NCBI GenBank assembly: GCA_030748635.1
Contig: JASMLP010000027.1
Location: forward strand, 1,227-65,226
DNA length: 64,000 nt
Reading direction: 5' to 3'
Source: Planctomycetota bacterium
GTDB taxonomy: Bacteria; Planctomycetota; JACQVV01; JASMLP01
The position numbers and the translations under genes are program-made. Of this stretch, positions 32,748 through 42,837 are shown one piece after another. The notes under the pieces are model-generated. The model made no database searches and was not told the DNA's origin. It saw only the letters and a program-made list of their open reading frames with translations. Positions within the stretch are counted from its first letter, which is position 1. The number at the start of each line of letters is the position of its first letter.

Positions 32748-33728
32748 TCAACGCATGGTCAGCGCCATAGCCGCTTTCTGGACATGCAGTCGATTCTCGG
32801 CTTCGTCGTAGACGACCGATTGAGGACCATCCAAAACCGCATCTGTGACCTCGATCCCCCGGTCGGCGGGAAGGCAGTGCATGTAGATGGCGTCTTCGGC
32901 CGCGAGCGCCATCCGGCGTTCGTCACAGATCCAGTCGCTGTATTTTTCTCCGATCTTCCGGGATTCTTCGTGGTCGCTGGTCGTGAGCATGCATCCCCAG
33001 CTTTTTGGATACACCACATCGGCGTTCGTAAAAGCCGCGTCCATATCGTGAACGATTTCCAGCGAGCCTCCGTGTTGGTTGGCATTCGTGTGGGCTTGTT
33101 CGACGATTTCGGGGACCAGGCTGTATTCCGGGGGGTGGGCCAAGGTGACATCCATGCCAAATCGTGTCATGAGAAGGATCAAACTCTGGGGTACCGAAAT
33201 CGGTTTCTGATAGCTGGATGCGTAGGCCCAACTGACGGCGATCTTTCGGCCTCGCAGATCGGGTCCTTTCTTCTCCTGGATGGTGAGTAGGTCGGCCAGG
33301 ATCTGGAACGGGTGATACAACTCACACTGCATGTTGAGTATGGGAACCCGACTCGCCTCGGCGACATCCCGGATGTACTGGTTCCCGACTCCCCAGTCGC
33401 ACTGTCGGATGGCGATCCCGTCACCATATCGGCCCAGGATCTCTCCGATCTCCCTGGCCGTATCGCCGTGAGAGATCTGAGTCGTGGAGGATTCGATGAA
33501 TTCGCCGTGTCCTCCTAATTGGGCGATTCCCGCTTCGAAGGAAGCGCGGGTGCGAGTGCTCGAAAAAAAGAAGAGAAGCATCAGAACCTTGTCTCGGAGA
33601 AGGGCGTGGGGTTCACCGAGGGCTCGTCGACGCTTCAGATCTCGCGCCACATCGAGCAGCGTTTCGATTTCTTCCCGAGTCCAGTCCTGAGTAGAGATAA
33701 GGTCGCGTCCGCGCAGATCGGTTTGCAT
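32748..33728 (-). CDS. ygeW: YgeW-like knotted carbamoyltransferase
   Basis: SSTRT, HPFQ, HCLP; YgeW-type SWAYASSYQKPISVPQS, and YPKSWG where OTC has SMG. Confidence 0.8.
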   Translation of the reverse strand: MQTDLRGRDLISTQDWTREEIETLLDVARDLKRRRALGEPHALLRDKVLMLLFFFSSTRTRASFEAGIAQLGGHGEFIESSTTQISHGDTAREIGEILGRYGDGIAIRQCDWGVGNQYIRDVAEASRVPILNMQCELYHPFQILADLLTIQEKKGPDLRGRKIAVSWAYASSYQKPISVPQSLILLMTRFGMDVTLAHPPEYSLVPEIVEQAHTNANQHGGSLEIVHDMDAAFTNADVVYPKSWGCMLTTSDHEESRKIGEKYSDWICDERRMALAAEDAIYMHCLPADRGIEVTDAVLDGPQSVVYDEAENRLHVQKAAMALTMR

Positions 33729-33760
33729 GAGATGTTCCTAAATCGTGTAGGTCTGAATGA

Positions 33761-34966
33761 TTAGAGGTGTAAGCCGAGGGTAGAGGGTAGCAGGGCGTAG
33801 AATGCCGTTGCATCCACCACATCGTCCAGAGAAACCTGGTCGAGAACCGTGTGGGCGTGCTCTTCATCTCCGGGACCGAAGCCGATGGAGGGAATGTTGG
33901 CTTTGCCCATCCAGTAGATTCCGTTGGTACTGAAATTCCATTTTCCCGCTGCGCCTTCGCGGTCCCAGAGCTTTTTGATAACTTCGAGGCCTGAGCGAAC
34001 GAGCGGGTGGTCTTCCGGTAGGGACCAGGCCGGAAAGTATTTCTCGACCGGAAAGACGAATCCGGTGTAGCTGGGTTCGTCATAGTGAAGCATCGAGACC
34101 TTGACCTGATCTCGATGTTCTTCGGGAACGAGCGCTTCCACCTGAGCAACGGCTTCTTCCTTGGTTTCGCCGAAAGTGACTCGTCGGTCGATGAGGATGG
34201 TGCATTCATCCGGGACGGCGTTGATCGAGGGGGTCTTCACGGTCTGGTCGCTTACCGTGATTTTTCCCGGCCCCAAGAACGGATCGTCTCCCAGAGAGGG
34301 CTCGAGGTCTCGGATTCCTGCAATGACCGGGAGCATCTTGTAGATTGCGTTGTCACCCAGGTGATTACTGGCGGCGTGTGCGCTCTTTCCCTTGGAGACG
34401 ACTTCCATTTCCACGCGCCCTTTGTGTCCCCGGTAAACTTGCATCCGGGTCGGCTCTCCGATGACCACGAAGTCGGGTCGGATTCCATCCGTTTCGACCA
34501 GGGAGTGGGGGGCGATTCCATCGCACCACTCTTCCATATTCCCATAGTAGTAGAGGGTGCAGTCGTTCATCAGGCCCAGGTCCCGGGCGATGGCGCAAGC
34601 GTAGATCATGGGGGGAGTCGAGCCCTTTTCATCGCAGGCCCCTCGGGCATAGAAGATGCCGTCTTCCACCTTGCCTACGAACGGATCCCAGTCCCACGCC
34701 TCGGGATCGCCGATCCCGACGGTGTCGACATGACTATCGAAAAGGATCTTGCGCGGGCCGTCGCCCATCCGGCCCAGGATATTACCCATGGAGTCCCAGC
34801 GCACTTCGTCGAAACCGAGACGGTTCATCTCCTCGGCGATTCGTTCGCCCACATCTCGCAACTGACTTTCCATGCTGGGTATGGCGCAGATATCTTTGAG
34901 GAACTGGATGATGTCGTCCCGGTAGGCTTCGGTGGCCTCTCGGACGGCTTGGATCGGGTCGGTCAT
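33761..34966 (-). CDS. ygeY: YgeY-family M20 hydrolase
   Basis: RBS AAGGAG before MTDPIQ; DSHVDTVG, RGACDEKG, EEWCDG, YRGHKGR, WNFSTNG, GFGPGDEEHAH. Confidence 0.9.
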   Translation of the reverse strand: MTDPIQAVREATEAYRDDIIQFLKDICAIPSMESQLRDVGERIAEEMNRLGFDEVRWDSMGNILGRMGDGPRKILFDSHVDTVGIGDPEAWDWDPFVGKVEDGIFYARGACDEKGSTPPMIYACAIARDLGLMNDCTLYYYGNMEEWCDGIAPHSLVETDGIRPDFVVIGEPTRMQVYRGHKGRVEMEVVSKGKSAHAASNHLGDNAIYKMLPVIAGIRDLEPSLGDDPFLGPGKITVSDQTVKTPSINAVPDECTILIDRRVTFGETKEEAVAQVEALVPEEHRDQVKVSMLHYDEPSYTGFVFPVEKYFPAWSLPEDHPLVRSGLEVIKKLWDREGAAGKWNFSTNGIYWMGKANIPSIGFGPGDEEHAHTVLDQVSLDDVVDATAFYALLPSTLGLHL

Positions 34967-34994
34967 GGTTATCTCCTTGGGATAGCTGGCCGTT

Positions 34995-36299
34995 TCAGGA
35001 CAGCTCCTGCATGCGTTTCCAGAGTCGGGCAGCCTCATCGTGAGCTGTACGATGAATGGCCTCGCGGTCCGCGAGGGGAAAGTGCCCACGGTCATAGATC
35101 AAGCGCCCGGCAACGTAGGTGGCCACGCAATCGGAGGCGCTCATGCCAAAGATCAAGTGCCAGGCAAGATTTTCGGAAGTCAGTGGGGTGGGGGATGGGT
35201 AGTCGAGAACGGCCAGATCCGCCGGAGCGTCGGGACGCAAGGTGCCGTAAGGCCGTTCAAAGAGATGCTGGGCCAGTCGATGTCCTCCCGCGATCATACG
35301 CAGGATTCCCTCGGCCAGAAGTGCCCCCCCGGCATCTTGGTTCTTGAAGAACGCTGTTTGGGCTTCCGCGAAAACATCCCCGTCGATCCCGTCGGTTCCC
35401 AGGCCACACCGGATCTCGGGAAAGATTTCGACCGGGGCGTAACCGACGTGGTTATTCATGTTGCTTCGGGCATTGTGAATGAGCCAGCATCCCGAATCAC
35501 GTACTCGTGAGAGTGCGTCCGGGCCGAGATGGGTACCGTGGCCCAGAAGAGCTCCGCCGCCCGCATCGAGAACTCCCGCATCCGCCAACCGGCCGATCAA
35601 TTCTCCATCACCGCCACCTCGAGGAAAGTCACAAGGATCTTCAGCGACGTGGATATGAATCGGAGTTCTCAGGGAGCGGGCGGCCTGAACCAGCTGTTGA
35701 AGAGATTCATCGCCGAGGGTGAAGGAGGCGTGAGCTCCCATCAGGCCTCGAAACCGGGAGTCCGAGCGGGTGGATTCGATGAATCGAATATTTTCGGCCA
35801 GACCGAGATCTCGCTGTTCCGGTCCACCACGATCTGTGATTTCGTAGCAGAGAACACCTCGGATGCCGATTTCTGTAAGTCCTTCCCGGAGCAGTTCGAG
35901 GGAGCCGGGAATCGATTCGGGAGAGGCGTGATGATCGACGAGCATGGTGGTTCCCGAGGCTGCGGCTGCGAGCGCGCCCACCCGACCCGAGGCCGCAATG
36001 GAGCCGGGGTCGAGAGCACGGTCGAGAACCCACCAGATGCGTTGGAGGATCTCGTGGAAGTTTTTCGGGGCCTGGGAGGGGCCTGGCATTCCTCGTGCGA
36101 GAGCGCTGTAGAGGTGCGTGTGGGAGCAGACCAGGCCGGGCAGGATGAGATGCCCATCGAGGTCGACGACCGTTTCCTCCGGCGCGGGTTGGAGACCTTT
36201 TCCGCGCTCCGCGATGGAATCGCCGACGATTCGGATATCCGCTTTCTCGACCGAGGGTGGGTCGAATTCAACCAGAGTGGCGCCGCGAAGAAGTGTCAT
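34995..36299 (-). CDS. ssnA: SsnA-like amidohydrolase
   Basis: CSHTHLYSALARG, WWVLDRALD, DHHASP, GAHASFTL, HIHVAED, HNARSNMNN, GTDG. Confidence 0.9.
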   Translation of the reverse strand: MTLLRGATLVEFDPPSVEKADIRIVGDSIAERGKGLQPAPEETVVDLDGHLILPGLVCSHTHLYSALARGMPGPSQAPKNFHEILQRIWWVLDRALDPGSIAASGRVGALAAAASGTTMLVDHHASPESIPGSLELLREGLTEIGIRGVLCYEITDRGGPEQRDLGLAENIRFIESTRSDSRFRGLMGAHASFTLGDESLQQLVQAARSLRTPIHIHVAEDPCDFPRGGGDGELIGRLADAGVLDAGGGALLGHGTHLGPDALSRVRDSGCWLIHNARSNMNNHVGYAPVEIFPEIRCGLGTDGIDGDVFAEAQTAFFKNQDAGGALLAEGILRMIAGGHRLAQHLFERPYGTLRPDAPADLAVLDYPSPTPLTSENLAWHLIFGMSASDCVATYVAGRLIYDRGHFPLADREAIHRTAHDEAARLWKRMQELS

Positions 36300-37555
36300 G
36301 ACGGATCTCCGAGAAGAGTTTGAACCGCATCCAGGTCGGGGGAGACGTCCAGAATGGGAGAAGAGCCGGCGGCGGTCATTCGGGCCGACTCCAGCGCGGA
36401 CCGGGTGTCCTTCAGGCCGTTGCCGGTAAGGACCGCGAGGACCGATTCTCCCCGCGCGATGGTTCCTTCATTTCTCGCTCGTTCGATACCCGCTACGGTG
36501 GCCGCGGCCGCAGGCTCTACGAAGACGCCGGCCAGGGAGGCGGTGCGCTTGAGGGCGAGGAGAATCTCCTCATCCGTCACCGTCGCCACGGCGCCGTGGG
36601 CCTCGCGCAGAGCTTTCAGAGCTTTGTGCCCGTTTCTAGGTACACCGACAGCGATCGAGTCCGCCAGTGTGTTCGCCTCGCACGGTTCCAGTGGAGTGTC
36701 GGTACGGAAGGCGTGAGCGATGGGAGCGGCTTGTTCGGCTTGTACCCCAAGGATTCGGGGTAAACGGTCGGCAAATCCCAGTTGATACATTTCTCGGAGA
36801 CCTTTCCAGATGCCCGCGATGGTGCATCCGTCGCCTACCGAGACGGCCACCCAGTCGGGCATGGAGCGCCCCAGGCTTTCGCCGATTTCCAGCCCTGCGG
36901 TTTTCTTTCCCTCGACAAGATGCGGGTTGATGGCGCAATTACGGTTGTACCACCCGTAATGACGGCACGCATCCATAGAGAGCTGGAAACAATCTTCGTA
37001 TGTGCTTTGTACGCGGAGTACCGTGGCTCCGAAGATGGCGAGCTGGGCGAGTTTGGGTTCAGGAGCCCGCTGCGGGACGAAAATAACCGATCGCATGCCC
37101 ACTGAAGCTGCCATTCCGGCCAAGGAACTGGCCGCATTCCCGGTCGACGAGCAGGCGATGGTTGGCTGGTTTTGGGCTCGAGCCACAGCGACTCCGACCG
37201 AACTTGCTCGATCCTTGAAGCTGGCGGTGGGGTTTTGGCCGTCATCTTTGAGCAGTAGGGTTTCCAGTCCGACGGTTCGGGCCAGGGTAGGAGCTGGATA
37301 GATCGGGGTCCCTCCAACAGTCAGCGGTGGGGCATATTCGGCGGAAACGGGTAGAAGTTCGATGTATCTCCAGTGGTCTCTATTTCTTCGAGAGAGCGCT
37401 TCTGCGGTCATCTCTCGACCGATCCGGTCCATGTCATACTCCACGTCGAGGATACCCGAGTCGCCACAGGTCGGGCAGGTCAGGAGGGAGTCGTGGAGGG
37501 GGAACCGACTGGCGCAGAGCGTGCAGATCAGCGATGTAATATGTTCGGTTGTCAT
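36296..37555 (-). CDS. Threonine-synthase-like fold-type II PLP enzyme
   Basis: N-terminal CTLC/CPTC; NPTASFKDR (PLP Lys); SSTGNAASS; EGKKT; VSVGDG; LTGNGLKD. Confidence 0.88.
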   Translation of the reverse strand: MTTEHITSLICTLCASRFPLHDSLLTCPTCGDSGILDVEYDMDRIGREMTAEALSRRNRDHWRYIELLPVSAEYAPPLTVGGTPIYPAPTLARTVGLETLLLKDDGQNPTASFKDRASSVGVAVARAQNQPTIACSSTGNAASSLAGMAASVGMRSVIFVPQRAPEPKLAQLAIFGATVLRVQSTYEDCFQLSMDACRHYGWYNRNCAINPHLVEGKKTAGLEIGESLGRSMPDWVAVSVGDGCTIAGIWKGLREMYQLGFADRLPRILGVQAEQAAPIAHAFRTDTPLEPCEANTLADSIAVGVPRNGHKALKALREAHGAVATVTDEEILLALKRTASLAGVFVEPAAAATVAGIERARNEGTIARGESVLAVLTGNGLKDTRSALESARMTAAGSSPILDVSPDLDAVQTLLGDPS

Positions 37556-37591
37556 GTCCGTTTGGTTTGGTGTAGAAGGACGGGAGGCGAC

Positions 37592-37620
37592 ATTGTATGG
37601 ATCGCTGGCGTCTAGGACAA
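37592..37620 (-). promoter_or_regulatory. Putative sigma70 promoter for the ssnA-ygeY-ygeW-arcC operon
   Basis: Minus strand TTGTCC-N17-TACAAT, 36 bp upstream of the first gene. Confidence 0.55.
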
Positions 37621-37761
37621 CGGACCCCTTGAGGTTCTGTATTTGCCTCTTGGGTTTTGACTTGAGCGCGAGGGTGTGTTACACATTCGCGCCTTTTCCA
37701 CTCTCGAATGTGGGGGAGTGGTTTGTCAGGTATCCAATCGATTCAGCAAGGAGAGACTGCC

Positions 37762-38112
37762 ATGGAGCAGGAAGATCGCGACCGTTATGACACCTTGAAG
37801 GTGGGTACCGAAGAGATGGAATTGACCATCGTGACCGAACCTTTTGTGGTATTCACTCATCGAGGTTATACGCCGGTGATCAATGTAGAGGATAAAGGGG
37901 GAGATCGTTTCACCTTTTTCATATCCTCCTCTTCGGTGGCTCGTGAACTCCAGCCTCTGATCGACGATCGGGGCGGGCGTTTCAAGGATCTCAAGATCCT
38001 GGTCAAGAAAGAGTCGGAAGAGAAATTCGCCAAGTATCAAGTGGCTCGCGCCGAGCCGATCATGATACCCAAGCCGAAAGCCGAGGAGTCCTCTTCCGAG
38101 GAGAGTTCGTGA
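37762..38112 (+). CDS. Small hypothetical protein, possible OB fold with acidic tail
   Basis: RBS AAGGAG; beta-strand-rich; ends AEESSSEESS; GTGA overlap with the next gene. Confidence 0.7.
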   Translation: MEQEDRDRYDTLKVGTEEMELTIVTEPFVVFTHRGYTPVINVEDKGGDRFTFFISSSSVARELQPLIDDRGGRFKDLKILVKKESEEKFAKYQVARAEPIMIPKPKAEESSSEESS

Positions 38113-39467
38113 CAAGACCCGTATCCTCTGAGGATCGGATCGAAACCAAATTGATCCAGACTTTCCTTCGCGGGCGGGTCTGGATCGACTATCTTCCGCA
38201 ACCGCGCGGAATGGTTTACCGGCGGGTTCGAGGGTTTGTGATGTCACATCCCTGGCTTCTCGGAGGGATCCTCGTGCTCCTGCTTGCCGGCGGAACCTGG
38301 GGAGCGCTTGCCCGTTTCAATCCGGAACTGTTGGGGCGGATGACCCACGGTCGTTTCGGTTGGAATCTTCTGGACCTAGGAGCGGCCGCGGTCGTGATAT
38401 TTCAGGCCATTCGGACCCTCGATCGTCGATTTCGGTTTGATGCTCAACAGTTCGCTCTGGATCATTTCTCCGACCTGGTCTATCCGTGGCAGGATACGTA
38501 CCGAAGCATCGAGATCGCCGAGAAGGAGGAGTTGGACCGCTTTGTGATTACGGTAGGGCACCCCCAGCTTCTCGAGGATCGGGTGACTTACGGAATCATG
38601 GTGAGCCGGATCGCGGATATTCTGGCCGGTGGGCGGTTTGGATCGGTACGAAATCTGGACGATTCTGTCCTGCTGGAGATGATGATCGGTCAGAAGTTGG
38701 ACCACGAAGAGCATCAAGCTCGAATGGACCGGCTTCTGAGGCAAGGCGTCCGTTCGCGGTCGCTTCTCAGAGCCGTTCGGAGTCATCGGGCTGGCCAGAA
38801 GGTCTCCGACTCCCGATTTCAGTCCGAGGATCTGGAGATGCTTCTCTACTGGCTAGACCAGAGCCGGTTTCAGTTGCGAATCGATTCGAGTGTACAGATG
38901 GATCACCTGGCCAGTCAGCTTTCGGTCGGATACGTCGACATCAAGGGGGAAGCCGGTCATAACTGTCTTTCCTATATGGGGCTTCATTCCAGTCGTGAAG
39001 ATTTTCCTGTCGCTCTGGTGGGAGGGAATGTGGGGGATAGCCTCGGAACCAACATGCGTCGAGGTTTCATCTACTGCGCCGGGGATGCAGGGAGTGATGT
39101 CGGGAAGACGATGTCGGGGGGTACGATCGTTATTGGGGGTGCGCCTGGAAACCGTTTTGGAAATGAAATGGACGATTCCAATCATCCCAGTGTACTCATC
39201 GCCTATCGGGCTCCGCGGGGATACTTACCGCTGGAGGGGGTTCGTAATGGGCTGATGCTTCTTCTCAATCGGGATGTTGAAGAGGCGCCGAAGTTTCTGC
39301 GTTTTCGGGATGGGGCGCAGGAGGTTCTTCCGGGCGCCGCAATCGACATGGAGTCCCAGTATGAGGCGATTCGAAACTATGTGAACGACTGGAAAGAACT
39401 TCACGGCCCGGTCTGGTTTCCCGGCCCGCAGGAAGCGGTTCCCGTCTCCGAGGCCGATCCGGAATAG
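38109..39467 (+). CDS. Membrane protein with a C-terminal GXGXG (GltB-C/FwdC-type) beta-helix
   Basis: Two N-terminal hydrophobic helices; repeats GEAGHN, GNVGDSLGTNMRRG, GDAGSDVGKTMSGG, GAPGNRFGNEM. Confidence 0.7.
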   Translation: MTRPVSSEDRIETKLIQTFLRGRVWIDYLPQPRGMVYRRVRGFVMSHPWLLGGILVLLLAGGTWGALARFNPELLGRMTHGRFGWNLLDLGAAAVVIFQAIRTLDRRFRFDAQQFALDHFSDLVYPWQDTYRSIEIAEKEELDRFVITVGHPQLLEDRVTYGIMVSRIADILAGGRFGSVRNLDDSVLLEMMIGQKLDHEEHQARMDRLLRQGVRSRSLLRAVRSHRAGQKVSDSRFQSEDLEMLLYWLDQSRFQLRIDSSVQMDHLASQLSVGYVDIKGEAGHNCLSYMGLHSSREDFPVALVGGNVGDSLGTNMRRGFIYCAGDAGSDVGKTMSGGTIVIGGAPGNRFGNEMDDSNHPSVLIAYRAPRGYLPLEGVRNGLMLLLNRDVEEAPKFLRFRDGAQEVLPGAAIDMESQYEAIRNYVNDWKELHGPVWFPGPQEAVPVSEADPE

Positions 39468-39505
39468 TCGGTCCCAGGCTGGCGAGGATGGGGGAACCGG
39501 GTAAG

Positions 39506-40285
39506 CTAACCGAAGTTCCTGACGGCATCGAAGATCAACCAGATGGCGCTTCCCGCGACGATTGTAACCAAGGCACGGTGGAGCCAGACGGTTCCTCGGG
39601 TGGTCGCCAGATGGACGCCGATCGCAGCTCCACTCATGTTTCCCAGGGCAAGAACCAGCCCGATCTCCCAGTGAACCTGGTTCCAGCCGACAAAGAGGAT
39701 CAGGGCCACGGCGGTATAGAGGCCGACCACCATGACCTTGAGAGCGTTTCCCTCCAGAAGATCGGAGCCGGCACCGAGAACGAGGGCGGCCAGAAGGAAG
39801 ACCCCGATGCCCGCCTGGAGAAAACCTCCGTAAATCCCCAACCCGAAAAAGAGTAGAGAGAGTTTATGAGATGGGCGATCGCTGGAAGTGATCGGTTGGA
39901 TTCTCGCCTCGATCCACCGCTTGGGGTCGGCGAGTAGAACGGGCAACATGCCGAGGAAGATCAGCCCCAAGATCAGTCGAAGTAGTTGCGGGTCGATTTG
40001 AATCGCAAGATACGCGCCTACGAGGGAGCCCAGGCAGGCGGGAAGGGCCAGGAGAAGGGCTTTCTTGGGGCGCCCGATACCTTTTCGGTGGAATTGCCAG
40101 GAACCGACCGCGTTTTGCAGTAGAATTGCGATACGGTTCGTGCCGTTGGCGGTGGGAAGATCCAGGCCGAGAAAGAGGAGTATCGGTAGGGTCACCAGGC
40201 TGCCACCACCGGCGACCGTGTTCATGACACCCGCAAAAACCCCACCCAACGAGGCGAGGAGCGCTTCCGTGATTGAGAGGTCCAC
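39506..40285 (-). CDS. TauE/SafE (TSUP) family membrane transporter
   Basis: AGGGSLVTLP, ANGTNR, YGGFLQAGIG, NALK. Confidence 0.9.
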   Translation of the reverse strand: MDLSITEALLASLGGVFAGVMNTVAGGGSLVTLPILLFLGLDLPTANGTNRIAILLQNAVGSWQFHRKGIGRPKKALLLALPACLGSLVGAYLAIQIDPQLLRLILGLIFLGMLPVLLADPKRWIEARIQPITSSDRPSHKLSLLFFGLGIYGGFLQAGIGVFLLAALVLGAGSDLLEGNALKVMVVGLYTAVALILFVGWNQVHWEIGLVLALGNMSGAAIGVHLATTRGTVWLHRALVTIVAGSAIWLIFDAVRNFG

Positions 40286-40322
40286 ACCGTATCCTAAGCT
40301 TCAGAGCTTCCGGCAGCAATCG

Positions 40323-41291
40323 GTGAGCTCGGTCTTGGGACGGTTCTGGTTTTTTCTCCTTCTGGTCGGGGGGGCTGGATGTGGCCCACTTTCCCTCGAT
40401 TCCAGGGAGCTGGCTCGTGCGGGTGGGGGGGATGAGGGGCCCAGGGTTTTGCCTGTATTTCAGGACGACTCCGCTTTTGAACTGCTGGAAGAACCCGTTC
40501 CGGGAGACTGGCGAGCTGGACCCGGGCGAAGCGAGCGTCCCCAGAGCTTTCTCCGCTATGTCGCTGAGGATCCAGTGCGTAGCAGCGAGGAACGAAATCG
40601 GATCGTCTTGCAGCTACTCGGGGATTTCGAAAAATCGGATCAGGCTCTTCTGGAATCGATTCGCGAATTTGTCGCCTGTTCGTTCTCGTGTAGGGTGGAC
40701 TTGGCGGAATCTTTGCCGCTCCCACAGTCCAATCGACGGAGTCGGCTCTGGAATCGGGGTGTTTTTCAAAAGTCGTGGGTTCAGCATCACACGAAGACCA
40801 TCATGCATGAGGTGCTGGAGCCCAACCTCCCGGAGGACGCGATCTGTTGCCTTGGGATCACCCAGGAGGACCTCTATCCTGACCCCCAGTGGGAATACGT
40901 ATTCGGGCAGGCGTATTTACATCGACGCGTTGGAGTCTATTCTCTGGCTCGCTATTTCGGCAAATTCTGGATGATGTCCGAGACCCAGAGCACTCGAAGG
41001 AGAGCCCATCGGAGAGCGATGAAGGTGATTGGGCATGAAGTCGGGCACATGTTCAGCCTGGCACATTGCGCCTATTATCGATGCATCATGAACGGCTCGA
41101 ATTCCCTGGAAGAAAGCGACCGATTGCCGCTCTGGTTCTGCCCGGTCTGCGCATCCAAGCTGGTTTGGAATCGGGGTGTCGATCCGCGTGAACGCTATCT
41201 TGGCCTGGAACGCTTTTTCCGGGATCAAGGGTTCGAATTCGAGGCGGATTGGTTTGCCCGGAGGGTTTCCGATTTCAAGGGTCCGAATTGA
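40323..41291 (+). CDS. Archaemetzincin-like (M54) zinc metalloprotease, probable lipoprotein
   Basis: GTG start then GAGC lipobox; DLYP, YVFGQA, HEVGHMFSLAHC..YRCIMNGSN, CPVC. Confidence 0.88.
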   Translation: MSSVLGRFWFFLLLVGGAGCGPLSLDSRELARAGGGDEGPRVLPVFQDDSAFELLEEPVPGDWRAGPGRSERPQSFLRYVAEDPVRSSEERNRIVLQLLGDFEKSDQALLESIREFVACSFSCRVDLAESLPLPQSNRRSRLWNRGVFQKSWVQHHTKTIMHEVLEPNLPEDAICCLGITQEDLYPDPQWEYVFGQAYLHRRVGVYSLARYFGKFWMMSETQSTRRRAHRRAMKVIGHEVGHMFSLAHCAYYRCIMNGSNSLEESDRLPLWFCPVCASKLVWNRGVDPRERYLGLERFFRDQGFEFEADWFARRVSDFKGPN

Positions 41292-41345
41292 CACACTCCC
41301 CCTGGGGTCGTTACCATCCCGCCTTCGGACCTGGAGGCTGGTGGT

Positions 41346-42821
41346 ATGAGCAAGGAATCGTCGAAAAATTCTCAATTGATCGTGGGTGAGGGCATCACAT
41401 TCGATGATGTCCTTCTGGTTCCTCAAGCTTCGGAGTGCCTGCCCGCGGAGGTAACCACTCGCACGCACTTTTCGCGAGGAATCGCGCTGGAGATTCCGGT
41501 TTCCAGTTCGCCGATGGATACGGTTACCGAAAGCCGTCTGGCTATCGCTCTGGCTCAGGAAGGTGGGATCGGCGTCGTCCACAGAAATCTCTCCATCGAG
41601 GAACAGGTACGTGAGGTGGAGAAAGTCAAGCGGAGCGCCAATGGGATTATCCTGGATCCTCATACGTTGGACCCGAACGAGCCGATCGAGCGAGCCTGGG
41701 AAATCATGCGTACCCACAACATTTCCGGACTTCCGGTGGTGGATGCGGGCAAATTGGTCGGAATCTTGACCAAGCGAGATCTTCGGTTTCAGGAGAGTGG
41801 CGAGCGGCGTATTGCCGAGGTGATGACCTCGGAAAATCTGGTTACGGCACCGCTGGGGACCACGCTAGAAGATGCCAAGGAGATTCTTCACGCAGGGAAA
41901 GTGGAAAAACTACTTCTGGTGGACGATTCCAATGCTCTTCGAGGGCTTATTACCATTCGTGATATCGATAAGCTGGAAAGGTTCCCTTTTGCCTGTCGGG
42001 ATGACCGGGGCCGATTGAGGGTGGGGGCGGCGGTTGGGGTCGCCGATGACGACCGCATCGAGGCTCTGATCGAGGTCGGAGTGGATGTGGTGGTGATCGA
42101 TACCGCTCACGGTCACTCCAAGGGGGTTCTGGACGCGGTCCGACGGGTCCGTAATTGTCACGATATTCAGATTGTGGCCGGAAATATCGCGACGGCGGAA
42201 GCGGCTCAGGCCCTCGTGGATGCTGGAGTGGATGGGATTCGTGTCGGCATCGGGCCGGGATCGATCTGTACGACACGGATCGTGGCGGGCGTGGGTGTGC
42301 CTCAGATCACCGCGGTCATGGAAGTGGCTCCGGTGGCTCGAGCCGCCGGTGTAGCGGTCATTTCGGATGGAGGGATTCGGCATTCAGGGGATATCACCAA
42401 AGCGCTCGCGGCTGGGGCCGACTGTGTCATGATCGGAAGTCTTCTGGCCGGTGTGGAGGAGAGCCCGGGCGAAACCGTGTACTACAAGGGACGAGCGTTC
42501 AAAGCGTATCGAGGGATGGGATCGCTGTCCGCGATGGAGGCGGGGAGTGCCGCTCGATACGGACAAAGCGCGGTCCGAGAAACTTCGAAACTGGTTCCAG
42601 AAGGTGTCGAAGGACGCGTCGCCCTGAAAGGGCCCCTTTCCGAATACGTGTATCAACTCGTGGGCGGAATTCGGTCTGGTATGGGGTATCTGGGGGCTGT
42701 GGACCTGGATCGAATGCGAAAGCGGGCTCGATTTCTGAGAATTTCTTCTGCATCGTTGGCTGAGAGTCACCCCCACAGTCTTCAGATCACTCGTCAGGCT
42801 CCCAACTATCTATTCGAGTAG
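41346..42821 (+). CDS. guaB: IMP dehydrogenase
   Basis: TFDDVLL, MDTVTE, CBS pair, [29 protein letters not shown]. Confidence 0.98.
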   Translation: MSKESSKNSQLIVGEGITFDDVLLVPQASECLPAEVTTRTHFSRGIALEIPVSSSPMDTVTESRLAIALAQEGGIGVVHRNLSIEEQVREVEKVKRSANGIILDPHTLDPNEPIERAWEIMRTHNISGLPVVDAGKLVGILTKRDLRFQESGERRIAEVMTSENLVTAPLGTTLEDAKEILHAGKVEKLLLVDDSNALRGLITIRDIDKLERFPFACRDDRGRLRVGAAVGVADDDRIEALIEVGVDVVVIDTAHGHSKGVLDAVRRVRNCHDIQIVAGNIATAEAAQALVDAGVDGIRVGIGPGSICTTRIVAGVGVPQITAVMEVAPVARAAGVAVISDGGIRHSGDITKALAAGADCVMIGSLLAGVEESPGETVYYKGRAFKAYRGMGSLSAMEAGSAARYGQSAVRETSKLVPEGVEGRVALKGPLSEYVYQLVGGIRSGMGYLGAVDLDRMRKRARFLRISSASLAESHPHSLQITRQAPNYLFE

Positions 42822-42837
42822 TCGCTTGGAGGTTCCC

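Noticed and set aside
32748-33728. Calling this gene the biosynthetic argF, given argG in the window
   Set aside because: It lacks the SMG ornithine-binding motif, has YgeW-type motifs, and sits in an ssnA/ygeY/arcC context.
34085-35347. 420-aa plus-strand ORF (similar cases at 22722-23636 and 26323-27183)
   Set aside because: Antisense shadows of well-supported genes, common in GC-rich coding DNA.
40065-40322. Long N-terminal extensions in the ORF track (also 35095-34967, 44532-44615, 56217-56354)
   Set aside because: They overlap neighbouring genes or precede a better start that has an RBS or signal peptide.
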